Under the pieces are notes generated by a model. It made no database searches and had not been told where the DNA came from. It saw only the letters and a list, made by a program, of their open reading frames with translations. DNA of 60,558 nucleotides from an uncultured Acidimicrobiia bacterium (GTDB lineage Bacteria > Actinomycetota > Acidimicrobiia > Spongiisociales > UBA11373). Shown here piece by piece: positions 51,010-60,558 of this stretch (within the stretch, counting starts at the first letter, position 1; the number at the start of each line of letters is the position of its first letter). The translations under genes were made by a program, and so were the position numbers. The DNA lies in the NCBI GenBank assembly GCA_964633975.1, contig CAZWKX010000007.1, positions 159 to 60,716 of the forward strand, in the 5' to 3' direction.

Positions 51010-51139
51010 AAGAGCTCCTTGCGCCTTCCCACGGGAGTGTAGCCGAGGCCCGGAGACGGCCATCGTGCCGAACAACACCCCTGGGATTCGGTCGTAGGCG
51101 GGCAGTATCATGTCGGCCCAAGCCACCGGAGGACGGGCC

Positions 51140-53965
51140 GTGTCGGCCGATGCCATCGTGATCAGGGGGGCGCGCGAACACAACCTGAAGAATGTGACGC
51201 TGGAGCTTCCGCGCGGCCGCCTCATCGTGTTCACCGGGCTCTCCGGGTCGGGGAAGTCGAGCCTGGCTTTCGACACGATCTATGCGGAAGGCCAGCGGCG
51301 CTACGTGGAGAGCCTGTCGGCGTACGCTCGCCAGTTCCTCGGCCAGATGGAGAAGCCCGACGTGGATTTCATCGAAGGGCTTTCGCCGGCGATTTCCATC
51401 GACCAGAAGACGGCATCACGCAATCCTCGTTCCACGGTGGGGACCGTCACCGAAGTGCACGACTACCTACGTCTTCTCTATGCCCGCGCCGGCATACCGC
51501 ATTGTCCCCAATGCGGGCGCCGCGTGGCCAGGCAGACCCCACAGCAGATCGTCGATCAGATCCTCGAGCTCGGCGAGGGAACTCGTTTCGAGGTGCTCGC
51601 CCCGGTGGTGCGGGGCCGCAAGGGCGAGTACGAGTCGTTTCTGAAGGAGCTGAGCCGTGAGGGATTCAGCCGGGCCCGGATCGACGGAGCGGTGCGTGAC
51701 CTCACCGAGGACATCCGGCTCGACCGTTATTACCAGCACACCATCGAGGTGATCGTCGATCGCCTGGTGCGGCGCAACGGCATCGAGCGCCGGCTGACCG
51801 ACTCGCTGGAGACGGCGTTGCGCCTGGCCGAGGGCGTGGCCCTGGTCGATGTCGTCGACGGGCCGAGCCTCGCCTTCAGCCAGCACCTCGCTTGTGAAGA
51901 GTGCGGACTTTCGTTCGATGAGCTGCAACCGCGTAACTTCTCGTTCAACAGCCCATACGGGGCATGTACTGCCTGCAACGGGATCGGCACCAGGTATCAG
52001 GTCGATTGGCATCTGGCCATTCCCGACGAGGAGCGCTCGCTGGCCGACGGCGCCATCCTTCCGTGGTCGGGGCGCCACCGGGGCATGTACTACCAGCGGC
52101 TCCTGGAGGGGCTGGCCGCCGAGTTCGGGTTCGACTTGGAGGCGCCGTTCGGGGAGCTGTCGGAGGAGCACCGCATCCTGGTGCTCGAGGGCAGCGGAGA
52201 CCACCCCATCACGGTCTCGTACGTCAACCGCTTCGGACGGCTGCGCCGATATCAGACTATCTACGAGGGGCTCGTTCCCTTCCTCGCCAGGCGTCACGAG
52301 AGCGCCGACAGCGACGGAGCACGGGAGGCCTATCAGCAGTACATGCGTGAGGTCCCCTGCGACGCCTGCGAAGGCGCCCGCCTGAACCCGGTGGCGCTGG
52401 CGGTGACGGTGGGCGGGCTCAGCATTCACGAGCTGTCGTCGCTTTCACTGCGCCGGGCGCAGGAGAGACTCGAGAATCTGGAGCTGGACGAGCGCCGGAC
52501 GAAGATCGCCGCCGCCGTGCTCAAAGAAGTCAAGGCCCGTCTGCGGTTCCTGCTCGACGTCGGGCTCGACTACTTGACCCTGTCGCGCAGTGCCGCCACC
52601 CTCGCCGGAGGGGAGGCGCAGCGCATCCGGCTCGCCACCCAGATCGGGTCGGGGCTCGTCGGCGTGCTCTACATCCTCGATGAGCCCTCGATCGGGCTGC
52701 ACCAACGTGACAACCGGCGCCTCATGGAGACCCTCTTGAGACTGCGAGACCTGGGCAACACGGTCATCGTGGTGGAGCACGATGAGGAGACCATCCGCAC
52801 CGCCGATCACATCGTGGACATCGGGCCGGGAGCCGGGGAGCGGGGCGGCCGCATCGTTGCCGAAGGTCCGGTCGATGCCATAGTGGGCGAGGAGACGTCG
52901 ATAACCGGCGACTACCTGGCGGGGCGGCGGTCCGTCGCCGTTCCCGAAAGGCGACGGCTGGCCGGAGCCGGGTCGCTGTGGGTGCGCGGCGCCACCCAGC
53001 ACAACCTGCAGAACATAGACGTGGAGTTCCCGCTGGGGATGTTCATAGCCGTGACCGGGGTCTCGGGCAGCGGCAAGTCGACGCTCGTCGAGGAGATCCT
53101 CGCTAGAGCGCTGCGGTTCGAGCTGTATCGCTCTCGAGAGCTGCCTGGTCGTCACCGGAGGGTCGAGGGCCTCGAACACATCGACAAGGCGATCGACATC
53201 GACCAATCGCCCATCGGCCGCACTCCGCGATCGAACGCGGCCACCTATACGAAGGTCTTCGACCGCATCCGCACTCTCTTCGCCTCGACACCGGAGGCAA
53301 AGGCCCGGGGCTACAAGCCGGGCCGGTTCTCGTTCAACGTGGCGGGCGGGCGATGCGAGGGTTGCAGAGGGGACGGCACGATCAAGATCGAGATGCACTT
53401 CCTCCCCGACGTGTACATCCGCTGTGACCAGTGCAAGGGCAAGCGCTACAACCGAGAGACGCTTGGGGTGCTATGGAAAGGGCACAACATCTCGGACGTG
53501 CTGGACATGTCCGTGACCGAGGCGCTCGAGTTTTTCCGGAATCAGCCTTCCATCGTGCGCATCCTCCAGACCCTCTACGACGTCGGCCTCGGCTACATCA
53601 AGCTTGGCCAGCCGGCGCCCACGCTGTCGGGTGGCGAGGCGCAGCGAGTGAAGCTGGCTTCCGAGCTGGGGAAACGGGCCACAGGCCGCACGCTCTACAT
53701 ACTCGATGAGCCCACCACGGGCCTGCACTTCGAAGACGTGCGCAAGCTGCTCGGCGTGCTGCAGCGCCTGGTCGACAGCGGGAACACGGTGGTCGTCATC
53801 GAGCACAACCTGGACGTGGTCAAGTCGGCCGACTGGATCATCGACCTGGGGCCCGAAGGCGGGGAGGAGGGCGGCAGAGTCGTGGCGGCAGGATCTCCGG
53901 AAGAGGTGGCTTCGGTGCCGGAGAGCTACACCGGCAAGTTCCTGCGCGAGGTGTTGGCGGTTTGA
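51140..53965 (+). CDS. uvrA: Excinuclease ABC subunit A
   Basis: GAREHNLKN, two P-loops [16 protein letters not shown], zinc fingers, GGEAQR twice; GGAGG before GTG 51140. Confidence 0.98.
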   Translation: MSADAIVIRGAREHNLKNVTLELPRGRLIVFTGLSGSGKSSLAFDTIYAEGQRRYVESLSAYARQFLGQMEKPDVDFIEGLSPAISIDQKTASRNPRSTVGTVTEVHDYLRLLYARAGIPHCPQCGRRVARQTPQQIVDQILELGEGTRFEVLAPVVRGRKGEYESFLKELSREGFSRARIDGAVRDLTEDIRLDRYYQHTIEVIVDRLVRRNGIERRLTDSLETALRLAEGVALVDVVDGPSLAFSQHLACEECGLSFDELQPRNFSFNSPYGACTACNGIGTRYQVDWHLAIPDEERSLADGAILPWSGRHRGMYYQRLLEGLAAEFGFDLEAPFGELSEEHRILVLEGSGDHPITVSYVNRFGRLRRYQTIYEGLVPFLARRHESADSDGAREAYQQYMREVPCDACEGARLNPVALAVTVGGLSIHELSSLSLRRAQERLENLELDERRTKIAAAVLKEVKARLRFLLDVGLDYLTLSRSAATLAGGEAQRIRLATQIGSGLVGVLYILDEPSIGLHQRDNRRLMETLLRLRDLGNTVIVVEHDEETIRTADHIVDIGPGAGERGGRIVAEGPVDAIVGEETSITGDYLAGRRSVAVPERRRLAGAGSLWVRGATQHNLQNIDVEFPLGMFIAVTGVSGSGKSTLVEEILARALRFELYRSRELPGRHRRVEGLEHIDKAIDIDQSPIGRTPRSNAATYTKVFDRIRTLFASTPEAKARGYKPGRFSFNVAGGRCEGCRGDGTIKIEMHFLPDVYIRCDQCKGKRYNRETLGVLWKGHNISDVLDMSVTEALEFFRNQPSIVRILQTLYDVGLGYIKLGQPAPTLSGGEAQRVKLASELGKRATGRTLYILDEPTTGLHFEDVRKLLGVLQRLVDSGNTVVVIEHNLDVVKSADWIIDLGPEGGEEGGRVVAAGSPEEVASVPESYTGKFLREVLAV

Positions 53966-54663
53966 GCTGGGGGGACGATCTCGCCGGATGGTGGCTGGAG
54001 GAGGTTTTGTCGGATCCCGCATACGGCGACGAGGTCGTGCCTCTCGCCCTCGAGGTGCTGCAGCCGGAGAGCGGCCGTCGCTACCTCGATCTCGGATGCG
54101 GCGACGGCCGTCTCATGCGGGTGGTGGGAGACGCAGGGGCCGTCGCTTTCGGATGCGACGTCTCCGGCCGACTGGCCGAGCTGGCGTCGCGCTTCGGCCC
54201 CAGCGTCGTGTGCCGGCTTCCCGATCTGAGCTGGGCGAAGCCGCAATCGTTCGACGGGGCGTACGCCGTATTGGTGCTCGAACACGTCGAGGATGCAGCG
54301 GCCTTCTTCGGCGCCGTGGCTTCCACGGTCCGTGCCGGAGGCGTGCTGGCGCTGGTGGCGAACCATCCGGCGTTTACCGCGCCCGAGTCGGGTCCGGTGA
54401 TCGACCCGTCGGACGGGGAGGTCACGTGGCGCTGGGGTTCATATCTCGACCGCGGCAGCACGAGGGAGCCGGCCGGGGAGGGGCACGTGGTGTTCCACCA
54501 CCGGCCGCTGGGCCGCTTGCTCAGCGAGGCGGCCGACGCCGGTTGGTCGCTGGTGCGCATGGTCGAGCGGGGCGTTTCCCCGACCCGGGCCGACAGGGAC
54601 CGTCTCCTCGATCGGCAGCGGCACGTGCCGCGTCTGCTGGGAGTCCGCTGGACCCGCCGCTGA
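53962..54663 (+). CDS. Class I SAM-dependent methyltransferase
   Basis: YLDLGCGDG motif I, GCDVS, SFD...VLEHV, GGVL; TTGA overlap with uvrA. Confidence 0.85.
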   Translation: MSWGDDLAGWWLEEVLSDPAYGDEVVPLALEVLQPESGRRYLDLGCGDGRLMRVVGDAGAVAFGCDVSGRLAELASRFGPSVVCRLPDLSWAKPQSFDGAYAVLVLEHVEDAAAFFGAVASTVRAGGVLALVANHPAFTAPESGPVIDPSDGEVTWRWGSYLDRGSTREPAGEGHVVFHHRPLGRLLSEAADAGWSLVRMVERGVSPTRADRDRLLDRQRHVPRLLGVRWTRR

Positions 54664-54773
54664 GCACCTCGGCGGCTCGAGCGGGTCTGTGCCTAGCGCG
54701 GCCGGAGGCCGGCCGCCGGGGTGTCGTCGGCAGCGCGGAACTGGGCGGAGCCGGGCGGTACGCTGCGGGAACG

Positions 54774-56612
54774 ATGCTGCGCCGGCCTGCACCTTCGGAG
54801 ATTCCCGACCGCCCCGGGGCGTATCTCTTCCGGGATGGCCACGGCGAGGTGCTCTACGTGGGCAAGGCGAAATCGCTGCGCAAGCGGCTTTCCGCCTACT
54901 TCGGCTCGGACCTGGCTGCTCGCACCCAGGCCATGGTCGAGGCGGCGGCTTTCACCGAATGGATCGTCACCGAGAACGAGGTGGAGGCGCTGATGGTGGA
55001 GTACAGCCTCATCCAGAAGCACCGGCCCCGGTTCAACATCCGGCTGCGCGACGACAAGAGCTACCCGTTCCTGGCCATCACCCGCAGCGAGGAATGGCCG
55101 CGGGCGACCGTGATGCGGGGCAAGCGGCTCAAGGGGACGCAGTACTTGGGCCCCTACGCCCATGCCTACGCCATCCGCGAGACGCTCGATCTGCTGTTGC
55201 GCACATTCCCCGTGCGAACCTGCTCGAACGCCAAGTACAAGCGGCACGTCTCGGAGGGCCGGCCCTGCCTCCTTTTTCACATCGAGCGCTGCTGTGCGCC
55301 GTGTATCGGGGAGGTCACGCCGGAGGCGTACGCCGAGTACGTCGACGGACTGGCGGAGTTCCTCGGCGGCAGCGGCGACGAGATGGTGGCACGTCTGGAG
55401 GCCGAGATGGGCCGGGCCGCCGAGTCGCTGGCCTTCGAGCGTGCCGCCCGCCTGCGCGACCAGTTGGGCTCGTTGCGCAAGGCGCTGGCCCGGCAGGAGG
55501 CGGTGACGACGAGCCGCGAGGATTTCGATCTGCTCGGATTGGCCGAGAGTGAGCTCGAGGCCGCGCTAGCCGTTCTCAACGTGCGGCGGGGTCGTATCAC
55601 CGGCCGCAGGGTGGCGCTGCTCGACAAGGTCGAGGAGGTGACGAGCGCGCAGCTCGTGGCGCGGCTTCTCGGCCACGTGTACGGGTCCGAGGAGCCGCCT
55701 CCGCAGGTGCTCACCCGCGAGCTTCCGGAGGACACCGAGTTGTGGGAGGAGTGGCTGGGAGAACGTAGAGGCTCGAAGGTGTCACTTCGTGTGCCTCGGC
55801 GCGGGGCCAAGCGGCATCTTCTCGAGACGGCAGAGGCGAATGCGGCCGAGGAGCTGGCCCGCTCGCGTCTGCGCCGCCACCGGGATCACGATGCTCGCGC
55901 CCGAGCGCTCCGGAGCCTGGAGGAGGCGCTCGGGCTCCCGGAGCCACCACTTCGGATCGAGGCCTTCGATGTTTCCACCCTCCAGGGCTCCGACACGGTG
56001 GGATCGATGGTGGTCATGGAGGACGGCCTTCCCCGGCGCAGCGAGTATCGGCGCTTCAAGATCCGCGAGGTGGTTGGCCAGGACGACTTCGCCGCCTTGG
56101 AGGAGGTACTGCGCCGGCGTCTGAAGGCGTATCTGCACGAGCGGGAGCTGCCTGTGGAGGAAAGGGGCCGGTTCGCCTACCCGCCGTCGCTGCTGCTCGT
56201 GGACGGCGGAGCGGGACAGGTGTCCCGGGCGGTGAAGGTGGTTCGGGAGCTCGGGCTCACGATCCCGGTCGCAGGCCTGGCTAAGCGTATGGAAGAGGTC
56301 TATCTGCCCGGACGCAGCGAGCCCCTTCGCATCCCCCGGGGCGAAGAGGCCCTATACCTGCTGCAGCGGGTGCGCGACGAGGCGCACCGGTTTGCCGTGA
56401 CATACCACCGAACGGTCCGGGGACGTCGTATGGTGGATTCCGTCCTCGACGCAGTTCCGGGCGTCGGTCCGGCACGCAAGAAGGCGCTGTTGCGCAAGTT
56501 CGGGTCTTTGAAGCGTCTGCACGAGGCGACGTTGGAGGACTTGAGCGAGGTAGTCCCCGCCGCCGTGGCCGAGTCGATCAGGAATCGGCTCGGGGGCGGC
56601 CCAGGGGAATGA
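54774..56612 (+). CDS. uvrC: Excinuclease ABC subunit C
   Basis: GIY-YIG (PGAYLF..LYVGKAKSLR), LRDDKSYP, IEAFDVS, VDGG.GQ, RVRDEAHRFA, HhH. Confidence 0.97.
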   Translation: MLRRPAPSEIPDRPGAYLFRDGHGEVLYVGKAKSLRKRLSAYFGSDLAARTQAMVEAAAFTEWIVTENEVEALMVEYSLIQKHRPRFNIRLRDDKSYPFLAITRSEEWPRATVMRGKRLKGTQYLGPYAHAYAIRETLDLLLRTFPVRTCSNAKYKRHVSEGRPCLLFHIERCCAPCIGEVTPEAYAEYVDGLAEFLGGSGDEMVARLEAEMGRAAESLAFERAARLRDQLGSLRKALARQEAVTTSREDFDLLGLAESELEAALAVLNVRRGRITGRRVALLDKVEEVTSAQLVARLLGHVYGSEEPPPQVLTRELPEDTELWEEWLGERRGSKVSLRVPRRGAKRHLLETAEANAAEELARSRLRRHRDHDARARALRSLEEALGLPEPPLRIEAFDVSTLQGSDTVGSMVVMEDGLPRRSEYRRFKIREVVGQDDFAALEEVLRRRLKAYLHERELPVEERGRFAYPPSLLLVDGGAGQVSRAVKVVRELGLTIPVAGLAKRMEEVYLPGRSEPLRIPRGEEALYLLQRVRDEAHRFAVTYHRTVRGRRMVDSVLDAVPGVGPARKKALLRKFGSLKRLHEATLEDLSEVVPAAVAESIRNRLGGGPGE

Positions 56613-57499
56613 CCGGACGCGGAAGGACCGAGATGGCGGAGAAGCCGCAGCTAGTCGTGATCACCGGCATGTCCGGCGCGGGCCGCTCGTTGGCCGGCAA
56701 GGCGCTCGAGGACATCGGTTTTTTCGTGATCGACAACCTGCCGGCGAACCTGATCTCGCAAGTGGTGGGGCAGGCCGACCTGGCCGTGGACACGCGTCGA
56801 CGGCAGCTGGCTGTTGCCGTCGATACCCGGGGTGGTCTCTCCTTCGACGAGCTGGAAGAGGTGTTGCTAGTGCTCGACGTCGAGGGTGTGCCGACGACGC
56901 TGCTGTTCCTGGACGCAGAAGATGAGGTCCTCGAGGCGCGCTTCGCCGAGTCGCGGCGGCCGCATCCCGTGGAGGCGCCCACTCTGGCCGAGTCGATCGC
57001 GCTGGAGCGGCGAGCTCTCGAGGATCTCAGGGGTGAGGCGGATGTCGTGATCGACACATCGGATCTCAGCGTGCACGAGCTGCGCGACGCCATCGGCGAG
57101 GTGTTCGCAGGAGAGCGTCCGCGAAGGCCGCTGCGGGTGGCGGTGACGTCGTTCGGCTTCAAGCACGGCGTTCCGCGGGTCGTGGACCTGTTGTTCGATG
57201 TTCGTTTTCTGCCCAACCCGCATTGGGACGCGACGCTGCGTCCGCTGACCGGGCTCGATCTGCCGGTGCGCGAGTTCGTCATGGCTCATGAGGACACGGC
57301 CTCGTTCTTGGAGCGGGTGCGTTCGCTGCTCGACTTCCTCCTTCCTCGCTACGAAAAGGAGGGGAAGTCCTACCTGGCCGTCGGGGTCGGCTGTACCGGA
57401 GGGCGCCACCGTTCGGTGGTGCTTGCCGAGGAGCTGGGGTCGTGGCTCGCCGAGCGCGACGTCGACGTCAGTGTTCGCCACAGGGACATGGGGCGATGA
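56609..57499 (+). CDS. rapZ: RNase adapter RapZ/YvcJ P-loop protein
   Basis: ITGMSGAGRS, DNLP, RRPHP, SFGFKHG, DVRFLPNP, GCTGGRHRSV. Confidence 0.93.
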   Translation: MTGRGRTEMAEKPQLVVITGMSGAGRSLAGKALEDIGFFVIDNLPANLISQVVGQADLAVDTRRRQLAVAVDTRGGLSFDELEEVLLVLDVEGVPTTLLFLDAEDEVLEARFAESRRPHPVEAPTLAESIALERRALEDLRGEADVVIDTSDLSVHELRDAIGEVFAGERPRRPLRVAVTSFGFKHGVPRVVDLLFDVRFLPNPHWDATLRPLTGLDLPVREFVMAHEDTASFLERVRSLLDFLLPRYEKEGKSYLAVGVGCTGGRHRSVVLAEELGSWLAERDVDVSVRHRDMGR

Positions 57500-58461
57500 G
57501 CGAGCTGCTGGTCGAGCCGCTCCTGGAGGATCTGGGCTTGGACTACGAAGGTCTTCACGTGGTTGCGATCGGGGGCGGGCACGGTCTGGCTCAGGCGCTG
57601 TTGGCGGTGCAGGACTACGCGGACGTGATCACCGCCGTCGTCAACGTGGCCGACGACGGCGGTTCCTCGGGCCGGCTGGCACCGGCTCTGGGCATCCCGC
57701 CGCCCGGCGACATCAGACGGGCGCTGCTGGCCTTGAGCCCCGAGGAGACGCTCTGGCGCCGCCTGCTCGAGTATCGGTTCGAAGCCGGCGATGTGGCCGG
57801 CCATTCCCTGGGCAACCTGATCTTGGCCGCGCTCGCCGAGTTCTCCGGAAGCTTCGCCGACGCGCTGCGCACCGCGGGGCGCCTTCTGGAAGCCAAGGGT
57901 CAGGTGGTGCCGGTCAGTCCCGAGCCCCTGCACTTGGAGGCCACAATCGATGGGGTCGACGTGATCGGGCAAGTGGCCGTGGCCCAGGCGCGGGGAACGC
58001 TAGAAGAGCTTCGACTGCTGCCGCAAGGTGCGCCGGCGTGCACGGAGGCCCTGGAGGCCATCAGCGACGCCGATCAGATCGTCATCGGGCCAGGTAGCCT
58101 CTTCACCTCACTGGCCTCCTGCCTCAAGGTGTCGGGTGTCGCCGAGGCGATGAACGCGTCGGAGGCCCAGGTGATCTACGTGTGCAACCTCACCACCCAG
58201 GACGGCGAGACTCTAGGCATGGACGCCGTCGATCACGTCGAGGCGCTCATTCACCACGCCGGTATCGACACGCCCGATGTCGTCGTCGCCAACGACGGCT
58301 CCTTTGTGGTTCCCGAGACCGTGGAGGCGGTTCGAGCCGACGGGGAGCGCCTGGAGGGTCTCGGAGTTCGTTTGGAGATGGGGGACCTGGCCGATCCGAC
58401 GGCCGACTGGCCGCAGCACGATCCGGCCCGTCTGGGAGCGATCCTGCGGCGGCTAGCGTGA
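57496..58461 (+). CDS. yvcK: YvcK/CofD-like gluconeogenesis factor (GlmR/CuvA family)
   Basis: IGGGHGL, VADDGGSSGRL, PPGDIR, GHSLGNL, GPGSLFTS, HDP. Confidence 0.92.
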   Translation: MSELLVEPLLEDLGLDYEGLHVVAIGGGHGLAQALLAVQDYADVITAVVNVADDGGSSGRLAPALGIPPPGDIRRALLALSPEETLWRRLLEYRFEAGDVAGHSLGNLILAALAEFSGSFADALRTAGRLLEAKGQVVPVSPEPLHLEATIDGVDVIGQVAVAQARGTLEELRLLPQGAPACTEALEAISDADQIVIGPGSLFTSLASCLKVSGVAEAMNASEAQVIYVCNLTTQDGETLGMDAVDHVEALIHHAGIDTPDVVVANDGSFVVPETVEAVRADGERLEGLGVRLEMGDLADPTADWPQHDPARLGAILRRLA

Positions 58462-58486
58462 GGCCGGGCCCAGCCGAGGAGATGGT

Positions 58487-59674
58487 GTGTTCAGATTCCA
58501 GACGCTCGACGATCTCGAGGTAGGCGGCCACACCGTGCTGGTGCGGGCCGACCTCAATGTCCCGTTGGAGGACGGTGAGGTGGGCGACGACTACCGAATC
58601 CGCTCGAGCCTGCCCACCATCCAAGAACTTCGTGAGAGGGGCGCCTCGGTCGTGGTCTGCAGCCACCTCGGGAAACCCAAGGGTATCGACCCGGCGCTCT
58701 CACTGGCTCCGGTCGCGGCGCGTATGGGCCAGCTGGGTGGCTTTGCCGTGTGCAGCGCGTCCGATGTGGCCGGCGAAGGGGCCCGAGCCGCCATCGCGGG
58801 TGCGGGCCCCGGCGAGGTCGTCCTTCTCGAGAACACACGTTTTGAGGGAGGGGAGACTCAAAACGATCCGGCTCTGGCCGACGCCTTGGCCGGATTGGCC
58901 GGCCTTTTCGTGCTCGATGCCTTTGGATCGGCTCACCGGGCGCACGCGTCCACCGTCGGCGTCGCGGAGCGACTTCCCTCTGCGGCAGGCCGGCTGATGG
59001 TGGCCGAGATCGAGGCTTTCGCCCGGCTGCTCCACGACCCGGATCGTCCGTATGTGGTCCTGCTCGGCGGGGCCAAGGTGTCGGACAAACTCGGGGTGAT
59101 ACGGGCCCTGTTGCCCAAGGTGGACGTCATGCTCGTCGGCGGGGCTATGTGTTTCACCCTGCTCGCCGCCGAGGGCTACGACATAGGGGACTCCATGGTG
59201 GAGCCCGACAGGATCGAGGAGGTCGGAGAAGTGCTGGCCGGGGAATCCGGCGCCCGCATCACTCTGCCACTCGACCTTGTCGTCGCCGACGGCTTCGAAG
59301 AGCACGCCGCTCACCGGGTGGTTCCGGCAACCGAGATCCCGGATGGCACCATGGGCCTAGATATCGGACCGGAGACGGTTGAGCGTTTCTCGTCGATCAT
59401 CGCCGGCTGCGATACCCTGTTCTGGAACGGGCCAATGGGGAAGTTCGAGTGGGAGGCTTTCGCCGCCGGCACCGTTGGAGTGGCACGGGCAGTGTCCGCC
59501 GCCGAGGCCTACACCGTCGCCGGAGGGGGCGACAGCGTGGCCGCACTCCGGTCGTTCGGCATGGAGGGCTCGGTCTCGCATCTCTCCACCGGCGGAGGCG
59601 CCGGCCTGGAGCTGCTCGAGAAGGGGACGCTGCCCGGCATCGATGTTCTCGAGAGGTGGTGTGATGGCCCGTAA
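58487..59674 (+). CDS. pgk: Phosphoglycerate kinase
   Basis: VRADLNVP, SHLGKP, LLENTRF, GGAKVSDK, WNGPMG, GGGDS, STGGGA. Confidence 0.97.
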   Translation: MFRFQTLDDLEVGGHTVLVRADLNVPLEDGEVGDDYRIRSSLPTIQELRERGASVVVCSHLGKPKGIDPALSLAPVAARMGQLGGFAVCSASDVAGEGARAAIAGAGPGEVVLLENTRFEGGETQNDPALADALAGLAGLFVLDAFGSAHRAHASTVGVAERLPSAAGRLMVAEIEAFARLLHDPDRPYVVLLGGAKVSDKLGVIRALLPKVDVMLVGGAMCFTLLAAEGYDIGDSMVEPDRIEEVGEVLAGESGARITLPLDLVVADGFEEHAAHRVVPATEIPDGTMGLDIGPETVERFSSIIAGCDTLFWNGPMGKFEWEAFAAGTVGVARAVSAAEAYTVAGGGDSVAALRSFGMEGSVSHLSTGGGAGLELLEKGTLPGIDVLERWCDGP

Positions 59675-60434
59675 GGACCTCATGGCAGGCAACTGGAAGA
59701 TGAACTCCACTCATCTGGAAGCCATCCAGATGGTGCAGAAGCTGGGCTACCGTCTCGACCCGGCGGACTACGAGCGGGTCGATGTGGTGGTGTGTCCGCC
59801 TTTCACCGCTCTGCGATCGGTGCAGACGGTCATCGAAAGCGACTATCTGCCGATTCAACTCGGCGCGCAGAACGTCCACTGGGAGAAGTCGGGTGCGTTC
59901 ACCGGCGAGGTGTCACCGCCGATGCTGGCCCGGCTGGGGGTGAAGTGGGTGATCGTCGGGCATTCGGAGCGCCGCCAGCTGTTCGGCGAGGACGACGAGG
60001 CGGTGGCCCGTAAGCTGCGCGCCGTGCTGGAGCACGGGATGACGCCCATCGTCGCGGTGGGGGAGACGCTGGAGCAGCGCGAGGAGGGCATCACCGAGGA
60101 GATCGTCGGGGCTCAGCTGCACGCGGCCCTGGACGGGCTCGACGCCGGCACGGTGGCTTCCCTGGTGGTTGCCTACGAGCCCATTTGGGCCATCGGCACG
60201 GGCCGGACGGCCAGCGACGATCAGGCCGCCGAGGCCATCGGCTTCCTGCGGGGCCGGGTTGCCGAGGCCTGGGGTAAAGATACGGCGGAGCGGGTGCGCA
60301 TCCTGTACGGCGGTTCGGTGAACCCGGGCAACATTGCCGGCCTGATGGCGAAGCGGGACATCGACGGTGGCCTCGTCGGGGGAGCTTCTCTGGACCCGGA
60401 CAAGTTCGCCGCCATCGTGCGCTATTGGATGTAG
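59664..60434 (+). CDS. tpiA: Triosephosphate isomerase
   Basis: AGNWKMN, GAFTGEVS, GHSERR, AYEPIWAIGTG, YGGSV, GGASL. Confidence 0.98.
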   Translation: MARKDLMAGNWKMNSTHLEAIQMVQKLGYRLDPADYERVDVVVCPPFTALRSVQTVIESDYLPIQLGAQNVHWEKSGAFTGEVSPPMLARLGVKWVIVGHSERRQLFGEDDEAVARKLRAVLEHGMTPIVAVGETLEQREEGITEEIVGAQLHAALDGLDAGTVASLVVAYEPIWAIGTGRTASDDQAAEAIGFLRGRVAEAWGKDTAERVRILYGGSVNPGNIAGLMAKRDIDGGLVGGASLDPDKFAAIVRYWM

Positions 60435-60558
60435 CGAACGGCGGTGGTACCGGTCGCAGAATGAGATCGGTCGGCTCCCGGGGCCGCTACTACGACCGGG
60501 CCGAGATCGGCCTTGACCTGGGGAAGCATGCCCTTCGGACGGTCGAGACCGCCACGCC

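Noticed and set aside
51085-51112. Possible LexA box or PafBC-type (TGTCGG-N10-TAnnnT) motif before uvr genes
   Set aside because: Only a partial GGTCGT-N10-TATCAT at uvrA; no convincing match at uvrB, uvrC, polA or nth
53706-54773. Apparent N-terminal extension of UvrC (968-aa ORF)
   Set aside because: Overlaps uvrA and the methyltransferase in other frames; UvrC homology starts at 54774
60435-60558. Possible gene fragment or T-box-like GGTGGTACCG after tpiA
   Set aside because: No upstream stems or specifier (it directly follows the tpiA stop); too short to assign

Overview
High-GC bacterial chromosomal segment, most likely from an actinobacterium (probably Acidimicrobiia-like; inferred from gene order, absence of ftsA, the ileS T-box and leaderless promoters). 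It is almost entirely housekeeping genes. In order: the dcw cluster (murE-murF-mraY-murD-ftsW-murG-murC-murB-ftsQ-ftsZ-pgeF-yggS-sepF-yggT); an inverted type-2 ileS under a translational T-box riboswitch; DUF167-dksA-like-lspA-rluA; a three-gene sugar-phosphate unit (stand-alone DUF2090 aldolase, a predicted PPi-type PFK and a predicted ATP-type PFK); dnaE; a doubly frameshifted GNAT gene; a tandem-domain thyX; several membrane proteins; xpt, nth, MFS, ccdA; trp genes interrupted by a two-component system; nadE; tRNA-Leu(CAA); polA, rpsA, coaE; uvrB-(tatA)-uvrA-methyltransferase-uvrC; rapZ-yvcK-pgk-tpiA. I saw no mobile element, prophage or CRISPR array. The best candidate for an undescribed system is the DUF2090 aldolase plus dual PFK unit, a possible reversible F6P/FBP/triose-phosphate module using a non-canonical FBP aldolase. 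Also notable: the T-box with an intermediate-length Stem I, twin operator-like motifs before ftsZ, a tandem pair of paralogous unknown membrane proteins, and the local absence of whiA/gap and divIVA. All calls come from reading the sequence and remembered family motifs; no database searches were run.
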